NCBI GenBank assembly: GCA_048939995.1 | Contig: JBHLOY010000001.1 | Location: forward strand, 64,001-128,000 | Direction: 5' to 3' | Source of the DNA: Promethearchaeota archaeon | Lineage (GTDB): Archaea; Asgardarchaeota; Lokiarchaeia; Sigyniarchaeales; SOKP01 | DNA: 64,000 nucleotides | Shown: in pieces, positions 29,718 to 40,915 of the stretch | How the letters are laid out: each line of letters starts with the position of its first letter | How positions within the stretch are numbered: position 1 is the stretch's first letter | Translations under genes and position numbers: made by a program | Notes under the pieces: model-generated | What the model was told of the DNA's origin: nothing | Databases searched by the model: none | Seen by the model: only the letters and a program-made list of their open reading frames with translations

Positions 29718-31115
29718 TTAAAAACTTTTAGTATAATAATTCAAAAAATAGTAATAAGAAAGACGCATATTCAATATTGAATCGACTTGAATGAATTCAT
29801 TAGGAGAATGAGCATAACCACCAACTCCTAAACCACCAGTTATAAAATCTAAGCCCAATTCTTTCTGGATTTCGCTTAATGGTGCTGCTGCTGCACTTAA
29901 AGGCCAGACTTCGGGTTCAACTTTTAGTTTTTCGAAACTTCTGACTAAACTTTGTATGAGTTTTGAATTTAGACCTACTCGAGAACCTTCATAACTAATA
30001 TTTTTAGTTAATTTGATTTCTAATTTCGAATTTTCAGCAAATTTCTCAACAATATTTTTTATTTCATTATAAATTTTAATAAGAGAAACTTTATGAGCAA
30101 CTCGAATATCTATATTACATTCTGCATTATTAGGAACTATATTTTTTATACCTTCTCCTAAATAGCCCGATTTTAAAGTGGAAATATTAAATGTTGGTTC
30201 AAATAGAAGATCTGTAAATGCTTGTCTTGCATTTTCTTTTAGAGTTTGAATTATGCCTGCTTTCATTTTGATTTTATTGATATCGAGTTGATTGCCTAGA
30301 GTTTCAATCATCATTTCTTCTTGATTATTTAATCTATATTTATTTTTTAATGAGGGAACATTGAATTTATTCTCGCTATAAATAAGATTTATCAAACTGA
30401 CTAGTTCAACTGCTGGATTTGGTATGAATGAACTATATGCTGAGTGGGTTTCTTCATTGTCAGAAAATAGCTTAATATTGATTGATAGGATACCCTTATA
30501 TCCTAATTTAAGTACGGCTTTACCTTCTAAGTCTTGTTTAGCTGCAGGATAATATGCACTGACACAATTTTTAAATACTTCTTTATTAGTCTTCAAATGG
30601 TTTATTAATGTGGGGGAACCAACCTCTTCCTCTCCATCAAATATTAAGATTAAAGAAATTGGCAATTTTTCATATTCTTGTAGTATCTTTATTACATTCA
30701 AAAAACAGATAAGAGGAGTTTTTGAGTTGTAAGCCCCTCTTGAGATAATGCATTTCCCTAACACGTTTAATGGTTCTGGCAAATATCGCAGTTCAGCAGC
30801 AAAAGGATTAGAAATCCATTTAGAAGCATCATTAACAGGTTGAGTATCATACATCATGTAAATTAGCAGAGGGGTCCTACTTTGACCTTCTATCTTTGCT
30901 AAGACGAGTGGGTTGATTTTACCCTCAATTTCTTCAATTTTTTGGCAAAATGGTGATAGATATTTGATTATGTATTCTATTGTTTGTTCTATCCCTCTTT
31001 TATTGAGAGTATTGCTCGGGATTTTTAAGAAATTAATTAAATCTTCTTCTATAAATCTACTGTTTGATTCTGTTAATAATCTCTCTATTTCTTCGTCATC
31101 CTTATCATTCTCCAT
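29718..31115 (-). CDS. M20-family peptidase/deacylase with variant metal ligands
   Basis: YMMYDTQP, RGAYNSK, GEEEVGS, GYKG, HS, AHSPNE. Confidence 0.85.
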   Translation of the reverse strand: MENDKDDEEIERLLTESNSRFIEEDLINFLKIPSNTLNKRGIEQTIEYIIKYLSPFCQKIEEIEGKINPLVLAKIEGQSRTPLLIYMMYDTQPVNDASKWISNPFAAELRYLPEPLNVLGKCIISRGAYNSKTPLICFLNVIKILQEYEKLPISLILIFDGEEEVGSPTLINHLKTNKEVFKNCVSAYYPAAKQDLEGKAVLKLGYKGILSINIKLFSDNEETHSAYSSFIPNPAVELVSLINLIYSENKFNVPSLKNKYRLNNQEEMMIETLGNQLDINKIKMKAGIIQTLKENARQAFTDLLFEPTFNISTLKSGYLGEGIKNIVPNNAECNIDIRVAHKVSLIKIYNEIKNIVEKFAENSKLEIKLTKNISYEGSRVGLNSKLIQSLVRSFEKLKVEPEVWPLSAAAAPLSEIQKELGLDFITGGLGVGGYAHSPNEFIQVDSILNMRLSYYYFLNYYTKSF

Positions 31116-31178
31116 ATATTAAAAATTTATAGAAGGATTAATTAATTTATTTATTAGAAATATTCTCCATTAGGAAAA

Positions 31179-31574
31179 ATGAATGATACTGAACCAACAA
31201 ATGAACAAAAATCGAAAATTTTAACCCAGATCTTAAAAGAAATAAAAACTGAAGGTAACTTAAAAGGAATAATATTCTCATTCAGAGAAGGAAACATTAT
31301 TGCCGAAAATTTAGCTGAAGAATTTCCACAATTTAACGCTGAAGAATATTCCTCCATGTCTGCCTCTGTAATAGAAAGTATAATAGGTTTAGGAAAAACA
31401 ATAGGAGAAAAAACAATTAATAAAACGATTGCAGAATTAGAAAATTTTACTATAATTCTTATTGAGTGCGACGAAAAAACCTTTATCTCATTCATTTTAG
31501 ATGAAAAGTCAAAACCCAATTCATTTTTTACCAAAATTGAAGATTATATTAAAAAATTTAAATTATTATATTAA
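31179..31574 (+). CDS. Divergent Roadblock/LC7-like protein
   Basis: GIIFSFREGNIIAENL..SSMSASVI..IG; size about 130 aa. Confidence 0.65.
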   Translation: MNDTEPTNEQKSKILTQILKEIKTEGNLKGIIFSFREGNIIAENLAEEFPQFNAEEYSSMSASVIESIIGLGKTIGEKTINKTIAELENFTIILIECDEKTFISFILDEKSKPNSFFTKIEDYIKKFKLLY

Positions 31575-31585
31575 AAGTTATATGA

Positions 31586-32851
31586 TCAGTTCTGGTTTTT
31601 TGAATCTATTAGGCTTAAATATTCTATACCTATTTGGACTGCTTGACCTAATGCTTCTTCTTCAATAACTTCGGGTTTATCTTTTCTGGTATGGTAATAA
31701 GGAGCAAGTTCTTCTTTTAAATTTAGACCAAGGATCGAAGTAGCAGGAATCCCTTTTTTGCTAAATGCAGCAGCATCAGTCGCTCCAAAAGGAAGTGGTC
31801 CAATTTTTGCATTTTTATTAATACTTTTGGCAATGTTAAATAAAGGCATAAAGGTGTTAGGATCATGTTTCGCACCAATTCCAGGTTCTTTATCTATGCA
31901 TAAAAGAATATCTTTTTCAGCTATACTATCGTAGTTAATCACAATTGTTTTATTCTCTTTTAACTCTTGAAAGTGCGATTTGATATATCTTTTGGATCCT
32001 CTTAATCCAGCTTCTTCTCCTGCAAAAGATACAAGAATGACTTTAGTATTTAAAGGATATATACTTTTATTTTCAACGAGAGATTTTCCTATTCCTATTA
32101 GAATAGCAGCTCCCGATAAATTGTCAACAGCTCCAGGAACAGGTTGATAGCTATGAAAAAATATATAAACAAATCCTATTGGAGTAAAAGCTAAAAAAAA
32201 AATTCCAAAAGAGAAGAATAAAATCTCGAATTCAAATGTTAAAAATTGAAATATCATTTTGATAATAAGAATAATAAATATTATCGCTACTCCAAAGTAG
32301 CCTAAATTAATTATAATTTGCCCAATTCGACCTAAATAATAGAATGTATTAAACTCAAACGCAGAATCATGGTGAGCAGAAAAGATTATGGTATTCTTTA
32401 TTTCTTCAGAAGGATTCATAATTCCTATTATATTTTTTGACTTCTTTTTTGGAAAAAGGAAATCAAAAGCTTCATAATATTTCATCACATTTAGAATGAA
32501 GTAACAAATTGCTACTGTAACCAGTATAAGCGCAATAATAATGAACAATATACTATAAAATGATTCAATTTGCCAAATATTTATATCAATTAATAATGAA
32601 AACCAATATAAAACAATTGCAATCAAAACTGAAATCGCACCATAGCGTATTCCACCAAGAAAAGCATGAGGATGGCTAATATATTCCTCTTGATAAACAT
32701 TATCACAGAATTTTTTAAATTCCTCTTCTATTTTATTGCCTGCCATTATTTCTTGTTCTGTTCCAGATTCTCTTGGCCCAATCTCAGTACAGACGTCTTC
32801 AATAATTTGATACATATACTTATTTAACTCTTTATTCATTACTATCATCAA
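31586..32851 (-). CDS. Membrane-embedded M28-family peptidase
   Basis: GPRESG, AHHDS, GAVDN, GEEAGLRGS, YDS, TDA, YHT..D; 4 TM insertions. Confidence 0.88.
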   Translation of the reverse strand: MMIVMNKELNKYMYQIIEDVCTEIGPRESGTEQEIMAGNKIEEEFKKFCDNVYQEEYISHPHAFLGGIRYGAISVLIAIVLYWFSLLIDINIWQIESFYSILFIIIALILVTVAICYFILNVMKYYEAFDFLFPKKKSKNIIGIMNPSEEIKNTIIFSAHHDSAFEFNTFYYLGRIGQIIINLGYFGVAIIFIILIIKMIFQFLTFEFEILFFSFGIFFLAFTPIGFVYIFFHSYQPVPGAVDNLSGAAILIGIGKSLVENKSIYPLNTKVILVSFAGEEAGLRGSKRYIKSHFQELKENKTIVINYDSIAEKDILLCIDKEPGIGAKHDPNTFMPLFNIAKSINKNAKIGPLPFGATDAAAFSKKGIPATSILGLNLKEELAPYYHTRKDKPEVIEEEALGQAVQIGIEYLSLIDSKNQN

Positions 32852-32880
32852 GTTTTTCCATCTTTTCCAGAAATTAAAAT

Positions 32881-33405
32881 TTATTTAATTTTTTTAAAAT
32901 TATATTGCTTCTCCTTTTTTTCATTTAGTTCAAATAGATTATTTGAAGTAAATGTTTCAATTATTTCGTTTTCTCTCATATGATGATCATCAAAAGATAA
33001 AATGGAGTCGGGTTTTAAAACGCGAAGAAATTCTTTCAAAATACATTCTTTATCACCAATCCCATGTAATACATCAAAACATATAACTACATCAATAGAA
33101 TTATCCTCAATGTTTGTTTTACAATTAGTTTGAATAGTTTCTATATTGTTTAAATGTTTTTTTTTTGCTTTTTTTTCAACTTTCTCAATTGCCAATGGAT
33201 GAATATCTGCAGCAAATACTTTACCGGAACCTCCAACTTTTTCTGCAGCGACTATTGTATAACTTCCAGGTCCACATCCATAATCAAGTACAAAATTTCC
33301 CGCTTTAATTCCTGCTTTCTCAACTTTTTCTAGGGGAGGATGAAATTTGTCTCGAATTCTAAAAAGAAAGCTCATTCCACGAAAATCTAGATTCAATTTC
33401 TTCAT
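32881..33405 (-). CDS. Class I SAM-dependent methyltransferase
   Basis: VLDYGCGPG, DI, DVLH, RVLKP. Confidence 0.9.
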   Translation of the reverse strand: MKKLNLDFRGMSFLFRIRDKFHPPLEKVEKAGIKAGNFVLDYGCGPGSYTIVAAEKVGGSGKVFAADIHPLAIEKVEKKAKKKHLNNIETIQTNCKTNIEDNSIDVVICFDVLHGIGDKECILKEFLRVLKPDSILSFDDHHMRENEIIETFTSNNLFELNEKKEKQYNFKKIK

Positions 33406-33461
33406 TTTCTCTCTACTAAAATATTATTTTTTTATAATATTAATTTTAATTTTCAGAGCAA

Positions 33462-33953
33462 GTGAAAACTCTCCTAGAAAAATATATGAATCTTTGTTTA
33501 ATTAGAAGAAGTATGAACCAAATGGATAAGGTAATTACTTTTTTTAGTCATGGTCATAACTGCTCTCAAACGATACTTAAGGCTTATGGTCCAAAATATG
33601 GTATTAATGAAAATTTAGCATATAAAGTAGCGAGTGCTTTTGGAGGAGGAATTGCGAGAACTGGAAATACATGTGGAGCAGTTACAGGGGCTTTAATGGT
33701 TATAGGTCTAAAGTATAGAAATTTGGATATTGAGGATCAAGAAAATAAAGATTTTACATACGAGGTTGGGAAGACTTTTATTGATCAGTTCAAGAGTATT
33801 AATGGAACAATTATCTGCCGAGAGCTTCTTGGTTGTGATATCAGCACTCTAGAAGGAAGAGATAAAGCTGAAAAAAACAATTTATTCGATGAATTGTGTC
33901 CAAAATTTATTAAAAGTTCTGCAGAAATATTAGAATCTATTTTAGAAGAATAG
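33462..33953 (+). CDS. C_GCAxxG_C_C family putative redox protein
   Basis: NCSQ, FGGG, CGAVTGA, ICRELLG, C; true start probably ATG 33513 or 33522. Confidence 0.88.
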   Translation: MKTLLEKYMNLCLIRRSMNQMDKVITFFSHGHNCSQTILKAYGPKYGINENLAYKVASAFGGGIARTGNTCGAVTGALMVIGLKYRNLDIEDQENKDFTYEVGKTFIDQFKSINGTIICRELLGCDISTLEGRDKAEKNNLFDELCPKFIKSSAEILESILEE

Positions 33954-33962
33954 CAAGGAAAA

Positions 33963-34406
33963 ATGAAAAACCTCTCAACTGATTTAATAAAACAAGTTAA
34001 GGATTTATATTCTGAGTACGATGCTAAGGAAAAAGTTGGAATATGCTTCAAGCTTCAACGAGAGAAAAATCCTTTAGATATTATTGGAGTATTAGAATTC
34101 CTAAAATATAAATTGAAATTATGGGGTAATTCAAATTTATTCTATTATCAAGGAAAACTCTTTCTTGACGATTATATTCTTGTTGTGGGATCAAATTATT
34201 TACAAGAAGCAAAGGACATTATAATGTTTATCTTTCTTAAAGAAATCTTAGAAAAAGAAGATTTTAGCATTTTAGAATATTTAAAAAATAATCTTAAGGA
34301 CTATTTAGATAAAGAAATATCTAAAGGTTTAGTTAAAGGATATCCCAATGATTCTAAGTTGGAAAAAGAAATTATTAATCATATTAAAGAATTGATAAAT
34401 GATTGA
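33963..34406 (+). CDS. Hypothetical protein
   Basis: In-operon ORF with an AGGA SD. Confidence 0.65.
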   Translation: MKNLSTDLIKQVKDLYSEYDAKEKVGICFKLQREKNPLDIIGVLEFLKYKLKLWGNSNLFYYQGKLFLDDYILVVGSNYLQEAKDIIMFIFLKEILEKEDFSILEYLKNNLKDYLDKEISKGLVKGYPNDSKLEKEIINHIKELIND

Positions 34407-34424
34407 AAATATTTCTTATAAAAA

Positions 34425-35279
34425 ATGAATCTCAACATTAAAGAATTAAAAGAAACAGATATCACAAAAGGAATAGAAGTTGTCTATTCATCTTTTGGTA
34501 GAAACATCACCAAGAATCAAATAATTGATGAAAAACGAAATTGGAAGAAGATGATGAAACAAAATTTCGGGAAATTTATCGTTTCTGAAGTAAATGAGAA
34601 TATAGTTGGTATCGGTGGTGTGTTTTTTTTTGGGAATGTATGTAGTTTTGGTTATATGGCTGTATTACATAATTATAGATGGAAAGGATTAGGAACCAAA
34701 ATTTTCGGAAAACTATTTGAAACGGCAATTGATGTGGGATGTAAGAAGATGATTCTTTATGCTTCACCGTTAGGAGAACCAATATATAGAAAATTTGGAT
34801 TTATAAAATCATACTATGGTTCAATGTATAATTTACCAAAAACTATCCCAAATTTAGATTCTACAGATAAAAAAGTTAAATTTTTGAATCATCTTCCGAA
34901 TTGGCTTTTAGATCTTGATAAAGAAGCTACAGGGTTTGACAGGAAGGAATATTTAAAATTGTTGATAGATTTAGGTTCGAAAGTTTTTGTTATTGAAAAA
35001 GAAGCTTTTGGGTTTTTATCAAAAGTGTTAGACAATTTACGACTGGGGCCATTAATATCAAAGAGTTTGGATCCTGCCTTAAAGATTATGGCGAAAAGTA
35101 TAGAATTACAAGCTAATCAGATTATTTTAACAGAACATAATAAACTTCCTAAAGAGATATTTGATGTAATTAACTTAACGAGGGTTGAAAATGGATCAAA
35201 TTTGAGAATGATATATGGTGATAAGATATTAGAAAGCTTGGATTTAGTATATGCAACTGCTACTTTTGCTAAAACATAG
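34425..35279 (+). CDS. GNAT acetyltransferase (YitH-like two-domain type)
   Basis: V..YRWKGLG, AS..G..Y.K.GF, D..ATGFDR, LGPL. Confidence 0.85.
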   Translation: MNLNIKELKETDITKGIEVVYSSFGRNITKNQIIDEKRNWKKMMKQNFGKFIVSEVNENIVGIGGVFFFGNVCSFGYMAVLHNYRWKGLGTKIFGKLFETAIDVGCKKMILYASPLGEPIYRKFGFIKSYYGSMYNLPKTIPNLDSTDKKVKFLNHLPNWLLDLDKEATGFDRKEYLKLLIDLGSKVFVIEKEAFGFLSKVLDNLRLGPLISKSLDPALKIMAKSIELQANQIILTEHNKLPKEIFDVINLTRVENGSNLRMIYGDKILESLDLVYATATFAKT

Positions 35280-35287
35280 TTTTTAAG

Positions 35288-35920
35288 GTGACATCTATTA
35301 GTAATAAAATTAAATGGAATAATCGGTTAATATTTGTACTTAAAATAATTTGTGTCTTCTTACTAGTTCCGTTTGTTGGTACTCTACTTCATGAATTAGG
35401 ACATTATGCAGTAGCAATATTAAGTGGATATCAAGCTCAAATTCATTTTAATTATACTACATCTACAATTCCTGCCTTTAGCGAACCATTACTCTACTTT
35501 ATTTTTATTTTAGGAGGACCTATTTCAACATGGATGCTGTGTTTAATTCCTTTTGCTATATTATTAATACTATACAATAAAAATAGTAAAAGAGAAATTC
35601 TACACAATCAATTTCTGAATAAAGGTTTTATTGTACTTCTTTTTTTCGTTTCTATGGCTGGGAGGTTCATATTCACTGCAATAACCTATATAATCACCCG
35701 ATCTAATGCAATTGATGAATATAAAATGGCAGATTACTTTAATATATATCCCGAAACATTTTTAATTTTATTTTTAGTTGTAAGTTTAATAATCTTGATA
35801 ATTACAATTTATAAAATTCCCACAAATTATCGTTTATTCACTATCTTAGGAGCTCTTTCTGGTGCTACCGTAGGATACTTACTGTGGAACAATCTTATAG
35901 GCCCTCTTCTATTGCCCTAA
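35288..35920 (+). CDS. Membrane metalloprotease-like protein (M50-like HExxH)
   Basis: HELGH in a TM helix, GGP motif, later D. Confidence 0.65.
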   Translation: MTSISNKIKWNNRLIFVLKIICVFLLVPFVGTLLHELGHYAVAILSGYQAQIHFNYTTSTIPAFSEPLLYFIFILGGPISTWMLCLIPFAILLILYNKNSKREILHNQFLNKGFIVLLFFVSMAGRFIFTAITYIITRSNAIDEYKMADYFNIYPETFLILFLVVSLIILIITIYKIPTNYRLFTILGALSGATVGYLLWNNLIGPLLLP

Positions 35921-35974
35921 TTTATTATATATTATAAATAAAAAATTTAAAGTTTTTTTAGCCAATATTCAATT

Positions 35975-36244
35975 ATGGTTTCATTAGGGAAAAGAATTAA
36001 TTTAGCTGAAAAAGTTATTTTATTCACGGGTATTTTACTTATTATTTTATCTTTTATCAGTGAATTTAATTTTCACTATTTCCAAGGATTTATGCCTGAT
36101 TTGATAGATTCCGCTATTTTTTGGAGAGCAGAAGCCACTGAAGTGTTTAATTCTATGAGTTTTCTCTTAATAGGGATTAGTTTATTGATAACTGTGTTTT
36201 TAATATCGAGGAAAAGACATAAAGGTAAATTTGAAAATAATTAG
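35975..36244 (+). CDS. Small 2-TM hypothetical protein
   Basis: Two hydrophobic helices. Confidence 0.6.
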   Translation: MVSLGKRINLAEKVILFTGILLIILSFISEFNFHYFQGFMPDLIDSAIFWRAEATEVFNSMSFLLIGISLLITVFLISRKRHKGKFENN

Positions 36245-36254
36245 CAGATTTCTT

Positions 36255-37628
<1,374 letters not shown>

Positions 37629-37670
37629 TTATTATTCTTTATCAGCTAAGTATTGTATAAATAAACAATA

Positions 37671-37883
37671 TTGATCACCCTTCATAAGGTGTTACGTGGA
37701 TTTAAGAGAGTTGCTTTAAAACCAAAAGAAACAAAAACCATATCAATTGAAGTAATGAAAAAAGATTTAGCTTGGTACAATCCTAATAATAAAAAATGGG
37801 AAGTTGAGGATATCAAATATACTATTTACGTTGGATCTTCTTCAAATAATGAAGATTTACTCACTACACAGATATCTTTATAA
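37671..37883 (+). pseudogene. Orphan C-terminal Fn3-like domain of a GH3 beta-glucosidase
   Basis: K.LRGFKRV.L.P.E...LAWY....W.VE...YVGSSS is the GH3 tail; no catalytic domains upstream. Confidence 0.75.
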
Positions 37884-37921
37884 TGAAATAATTTTACTTC
37901 TCATTTATTTTTACAAAGAAG

Positions 37922-38320
37922 TCATTTTAAGGGAGGAGGTCCTTTTTTAATGCGAGCTTTGATTTTATTCAAATCAGGTGTAGTCCAGTTTGATTCGATC
38001 CACCAAGTAGCTCCAGCTTCAGCAAAAGGTCTAATAATTGATTCTGTGGTGCCTAAATCATCCATCAGTGTTTCGCCTTCAACGATTATGTCAAATGGTG
38101 AGTCTACAGTCCGATTCTTTTTAATATAATCTTTTATTTCTCGTATACATTCTGGCGTAATATCCTCGAACTTGCCTTGTTTGTATTTAATCGTAGGAAT
38201 TAATCCATCATATTTCAATGCTCGTTGCATGGATTTATTATAAGGTCACGCACCTACCACCCAAATTGGTATTCTTGGATTTTGAATTGAATTTGGAGGG
38301 GGATGTCGCTTAAAGAATTC
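37922..38320 (-). pseudogene. Luciferase-like (LLM) monooxygenase, 3' half only, with an internal TGA
   Basis: EFFKRHPPPNSIQNPRIPIWVVGA*PYNKSMQRALKYDG...AEAGATWWIE..RIKKGPP; TGA at 38246-38248 where Trp is expected. Confidence 0.75.
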
Positions 38321-38378
38321 TCCGCATTATCTTTCCGCTTCTTGTTTTAGGTAAAGCGTCGGCAAATTGAATGACATC
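38313..38378 (-). pseudogene. 66-bp fragment of an acetyl-CoA synthetase paralog
   Basis: Translates DVIQFADALPKTRSGKIMRRIL*; 54/66 nt identical to acs 55882-55947. Confidence 0.85.
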
Positions 38379-38389
38379 TAAAAAATTAC

Positions 38390-39391
38390 TCAGATATCAT
38401 CTGGTAAAAATAGAATGAATAGACAACAATCATCACCTTTCATCAGAGTTTTCGGTTGTTTAAATCTTACTTTAGGATTCCAAGCAGGATGATCCCACCA
38501 CGCATAGTCTGAGTGGCAATGAATTTCATAGCCGATTTCAGGAAATCCCAACTCGCGCCAAATTTCAGCATATCGACAACCTGTTATTTTATTTACAAAA
38601 CGATTATTCGTTGCTTCTACTGTTTCAATATCTTGTAATCCATATGCTTCATTATTCTCCCATCCTTCTTCATTTATTAATTCTTCCCATTTAGCAAAAT
38701 CTTTTAAACTTTCAGGATTTAGATTAAATCTATCAAATGATTCAAGATCTTCTTTTCTTCTTTCTTCTCTGGACTCTTCTGCCATGTTAAGAACAGCATT
38801 GAAATATACTTCCCACAATTCATCTCTATATTTATTGTAGAGTTTTGGTAATACACGAGCTAACCCCTCAATCTTTCCTTTTAAATGAATTTCATTATGC
38901 TTAATTTTCATTTTCTTTTCATAATCTATAATATAGTTATAGACAAAATCCCAATTACCTTCAAATTCTTTTAGTATAATACTTAAACATCCTAATTCCA
39001 AATGTAGTTCATTATCATCCCATCGATCACCTATTCCTGCGAGAAAATTATACTTCTTTTTTATTTCCTTTATAATTTTAAGACGTTTTGTTTGAGTTTC
39101 TCCTAAATACACATCACCTTCAGGAAATCCTTCTTGATCCAACCATTCTTTTGTGAAATCTATGGTAAAGTTTGGTCTTGCACCAATATACACAATTTTA
39201 TAATGATTTGATAAAGTGTTTAAATAAGTTACACTATTAGGTACCGGTTTATCTTTGAGGATGGCTTCTCGTGTATTAAATTCTAGTGATTCCACTCCAT
39301 AATGATGTCTCTGCCTTGTATCACAAATAGTCCCATCAATAAAAACTAAAATTGATTTCATTAGATCTATATCGATTAACTTTTTAATCAA
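38390..39391 (-). CDS. HAD-like domain fused to an ATC-hydrolase/V4R-like domain
   Basis: FIDGTICDT..GAR..IGDRWDD, then CRYAE..E.GY..HC..D..TLMKGDDCC. Confidence 0.7.
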   Translation of the reverse strand: MIKKLIDIDLMKSILVFIDGTICDTRQRHHYGVESLEFNTREAILKDKPVPNSVTYLNTLSNHYKIVYIGARPNFTIDFTKEWLDQEGFPEGDVYLGETQTKRLKIIKEIKKKYNFLAGIGDRWDDNELHLELGCLSIILKEFEGNWDFVYNYIIDYEKKMKIKHNEIHLKGKIEGLARVLPKLYNKYRDELWEVYFNAVLNMAEESREERRKEDLESFDRFNLNPESLKDFAKWEELINEEGWENNEAYGLQDIETVEATNNRFVNKITGCRYAEIWRELGFPEIGYEIHCHSDYAWWDHPAWNPKVRFKQPKTLMKGDDCCLFILFLPDDI

Positions 39392-39476
39392 TTTTTCGTT
39401 TTATTAAAGCAATTTCTACAAGAAATGGAAAAAATGAAAAGATTAATATAGCTAATAAAATAGAATTTGTATAAAG

Positions 39477-40913
39477 ATGTCATACAAAGAAAAGATTGTC
39501 AATAAACTAAGAAAGGGTTATTCTCCTATAGAAGTTAGCCCAAAGGATGAGCTTACCTCCACTTTTAAAAATATCTTTAAGCCTATTGTAAATAGAAAAG
39601 ATTTAGACTTTTTTCTTGACCTTTTCGAAACTAATGATGTAATTCTAAGGGCTTGGAGTTTCTTAGGGATATATTATATTTTAAAGGAGATCAAAATTGA
39701 GCAAACAGATAAGCAATTAAGAATTCAAAATATCGTTTTAGAAATCTTAAATGATAAAAGAGAAGTATATTATTACGGGGGTTCAAGTGAGATACACACT
39801 CCTCTAAGAGAACACCATGTTAGGAGAATTTGTGAATTAAATAATACTCTAATCTTAAAACCTGTCCTTGAATATTGCGAATCGTATGAAAGTGAAATAG
39901 ATAATGTTATAGGAGAACTATTAGAAAATATATTAGCTAATTCAACAGATCCAACAATAGAACCGCTGATTCTAAGATATGCTAAAAAAGTTAGTAAAGG
40001 AGACTATAACTTAAAATCTCATATAGTTAAAGCTTTTGAAAAATTAGGTCAATCTGTTGAATTGAAAGAAAAGGGCTCTATCACGGAATTATTTAAGAAT
40101 TTTTTAGTTGAAATTAAAGAGCACAATAAAAATGATCAGGATACTTTGACCAACAAATTACAGCTTGAAAAGAATATTTTTAGAGCGGCAGCTGTATTAG
40201 ATCTCCCTTTTGAAAATGAGACTTTAGATTTTATAAGTTCATTAAAATATCCTTTTGATTCTTTAGAGCAAATCGCTAAAAAATATAAAAATAATGACAA
40301 ATTTAAAACGATTCTTTTAAACAAGTTAGCTGAAAGCAGTAATGCTCGGTTAATAACTGATATTCTCATGGCAATTTTAATATTGAAAGAAAATATTGAT
40401 AACTGGAAGGAATTAATTATTGACAATATGCAAAAATATCAGATTATTGATGGACCACTTATTGTAGAAATGCAAGAAGCTAATCTCTTAAATGAAAACA
40501 TGATAATTAATTTTTTTAACTCCGGAGATAATTGGTGTTTGAATTTTATTCGAGAATTTCTGGTGAACAATTCTGAAATCCTTGATAATTGGCAGAGCTT
40601 AAAAAATGAATTCATAAAAACTTTGGAATTATTCGAGAAAACAGAAAAAAATTTGGAAAAGAAAAAAGAATTAATCTTAAAGCTTATCATAGATTTAAAA
40701 AAAGATGATCTAGTTAAATATTGCCTCGATAATTTTTTATTTTTTAAAGATGAGAATTTAAAGAAATTATCACTCTTTCCAATCCTAAAATTTGGAGAAG
40801 AAAGCTTATTACTCAAACTAAAAGAAGTAATGATAACTGATAAAGAAATCGCAAAATTTGTAAGGAATTTTTGGAACAGATTGGAGAGAAATGAATGGAA
40901 ATTTTTTTATTGA
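39477..40913 (+). CDS. Alpha-solenoid (HEAT/ARM-like) hypothetical protein
   Basis: Leu/Ile-rich amphipathic helical repeats. Confidence 0.6.
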   Translation: MSYKEKIVNKLRKGYSPIEVSPKDELTSTFKNIFKPIVNRKDLDFFLDLFETNDVILRAWSFLGIYYILKEIKIEQTDKQLRIQNIVLEILNDKREVYYYGGSSEIHTPLREHHVRRICELNNTLILKPVLEYCESYESEIDNVIGELLENILANSTDPTIEPLILRYAKKVSKGDYNLKSHIVKAFEKLGQSVELKEKGSITELFKNFLVEIKEHNKNDQDTLTNKLQLEKNIFRAAAVLDLPFENETLDFISSLKYPFDSLEQIAKKYKNNDKFKTILLNKLAESSNARLITDILMAILILKENIDNWKELIIDNMQKYQIIDGPLIVEMQEANLLNENMIINFFNSGDNWCLNFIREFLVNNSEILDNWQSLKNEFIKTLELFEKTEKNLEKKKELILKLIIDLKKDDLVKYCLDNFLFFKDENLKKLSLFPILKFGEESLLLKLKEVMITDKEIAKFVRNFWNRLERNEWKFFY

Positions 40914-40915
40914 GT

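Noticed and set aside
38246-38248. In-frame TGA as selenocysteine or recoding
   Set aside because: It aligns to Trp (GAWP), the gene also lacks its 5' half, and TGA is used as a normal stop elsewhere in the window
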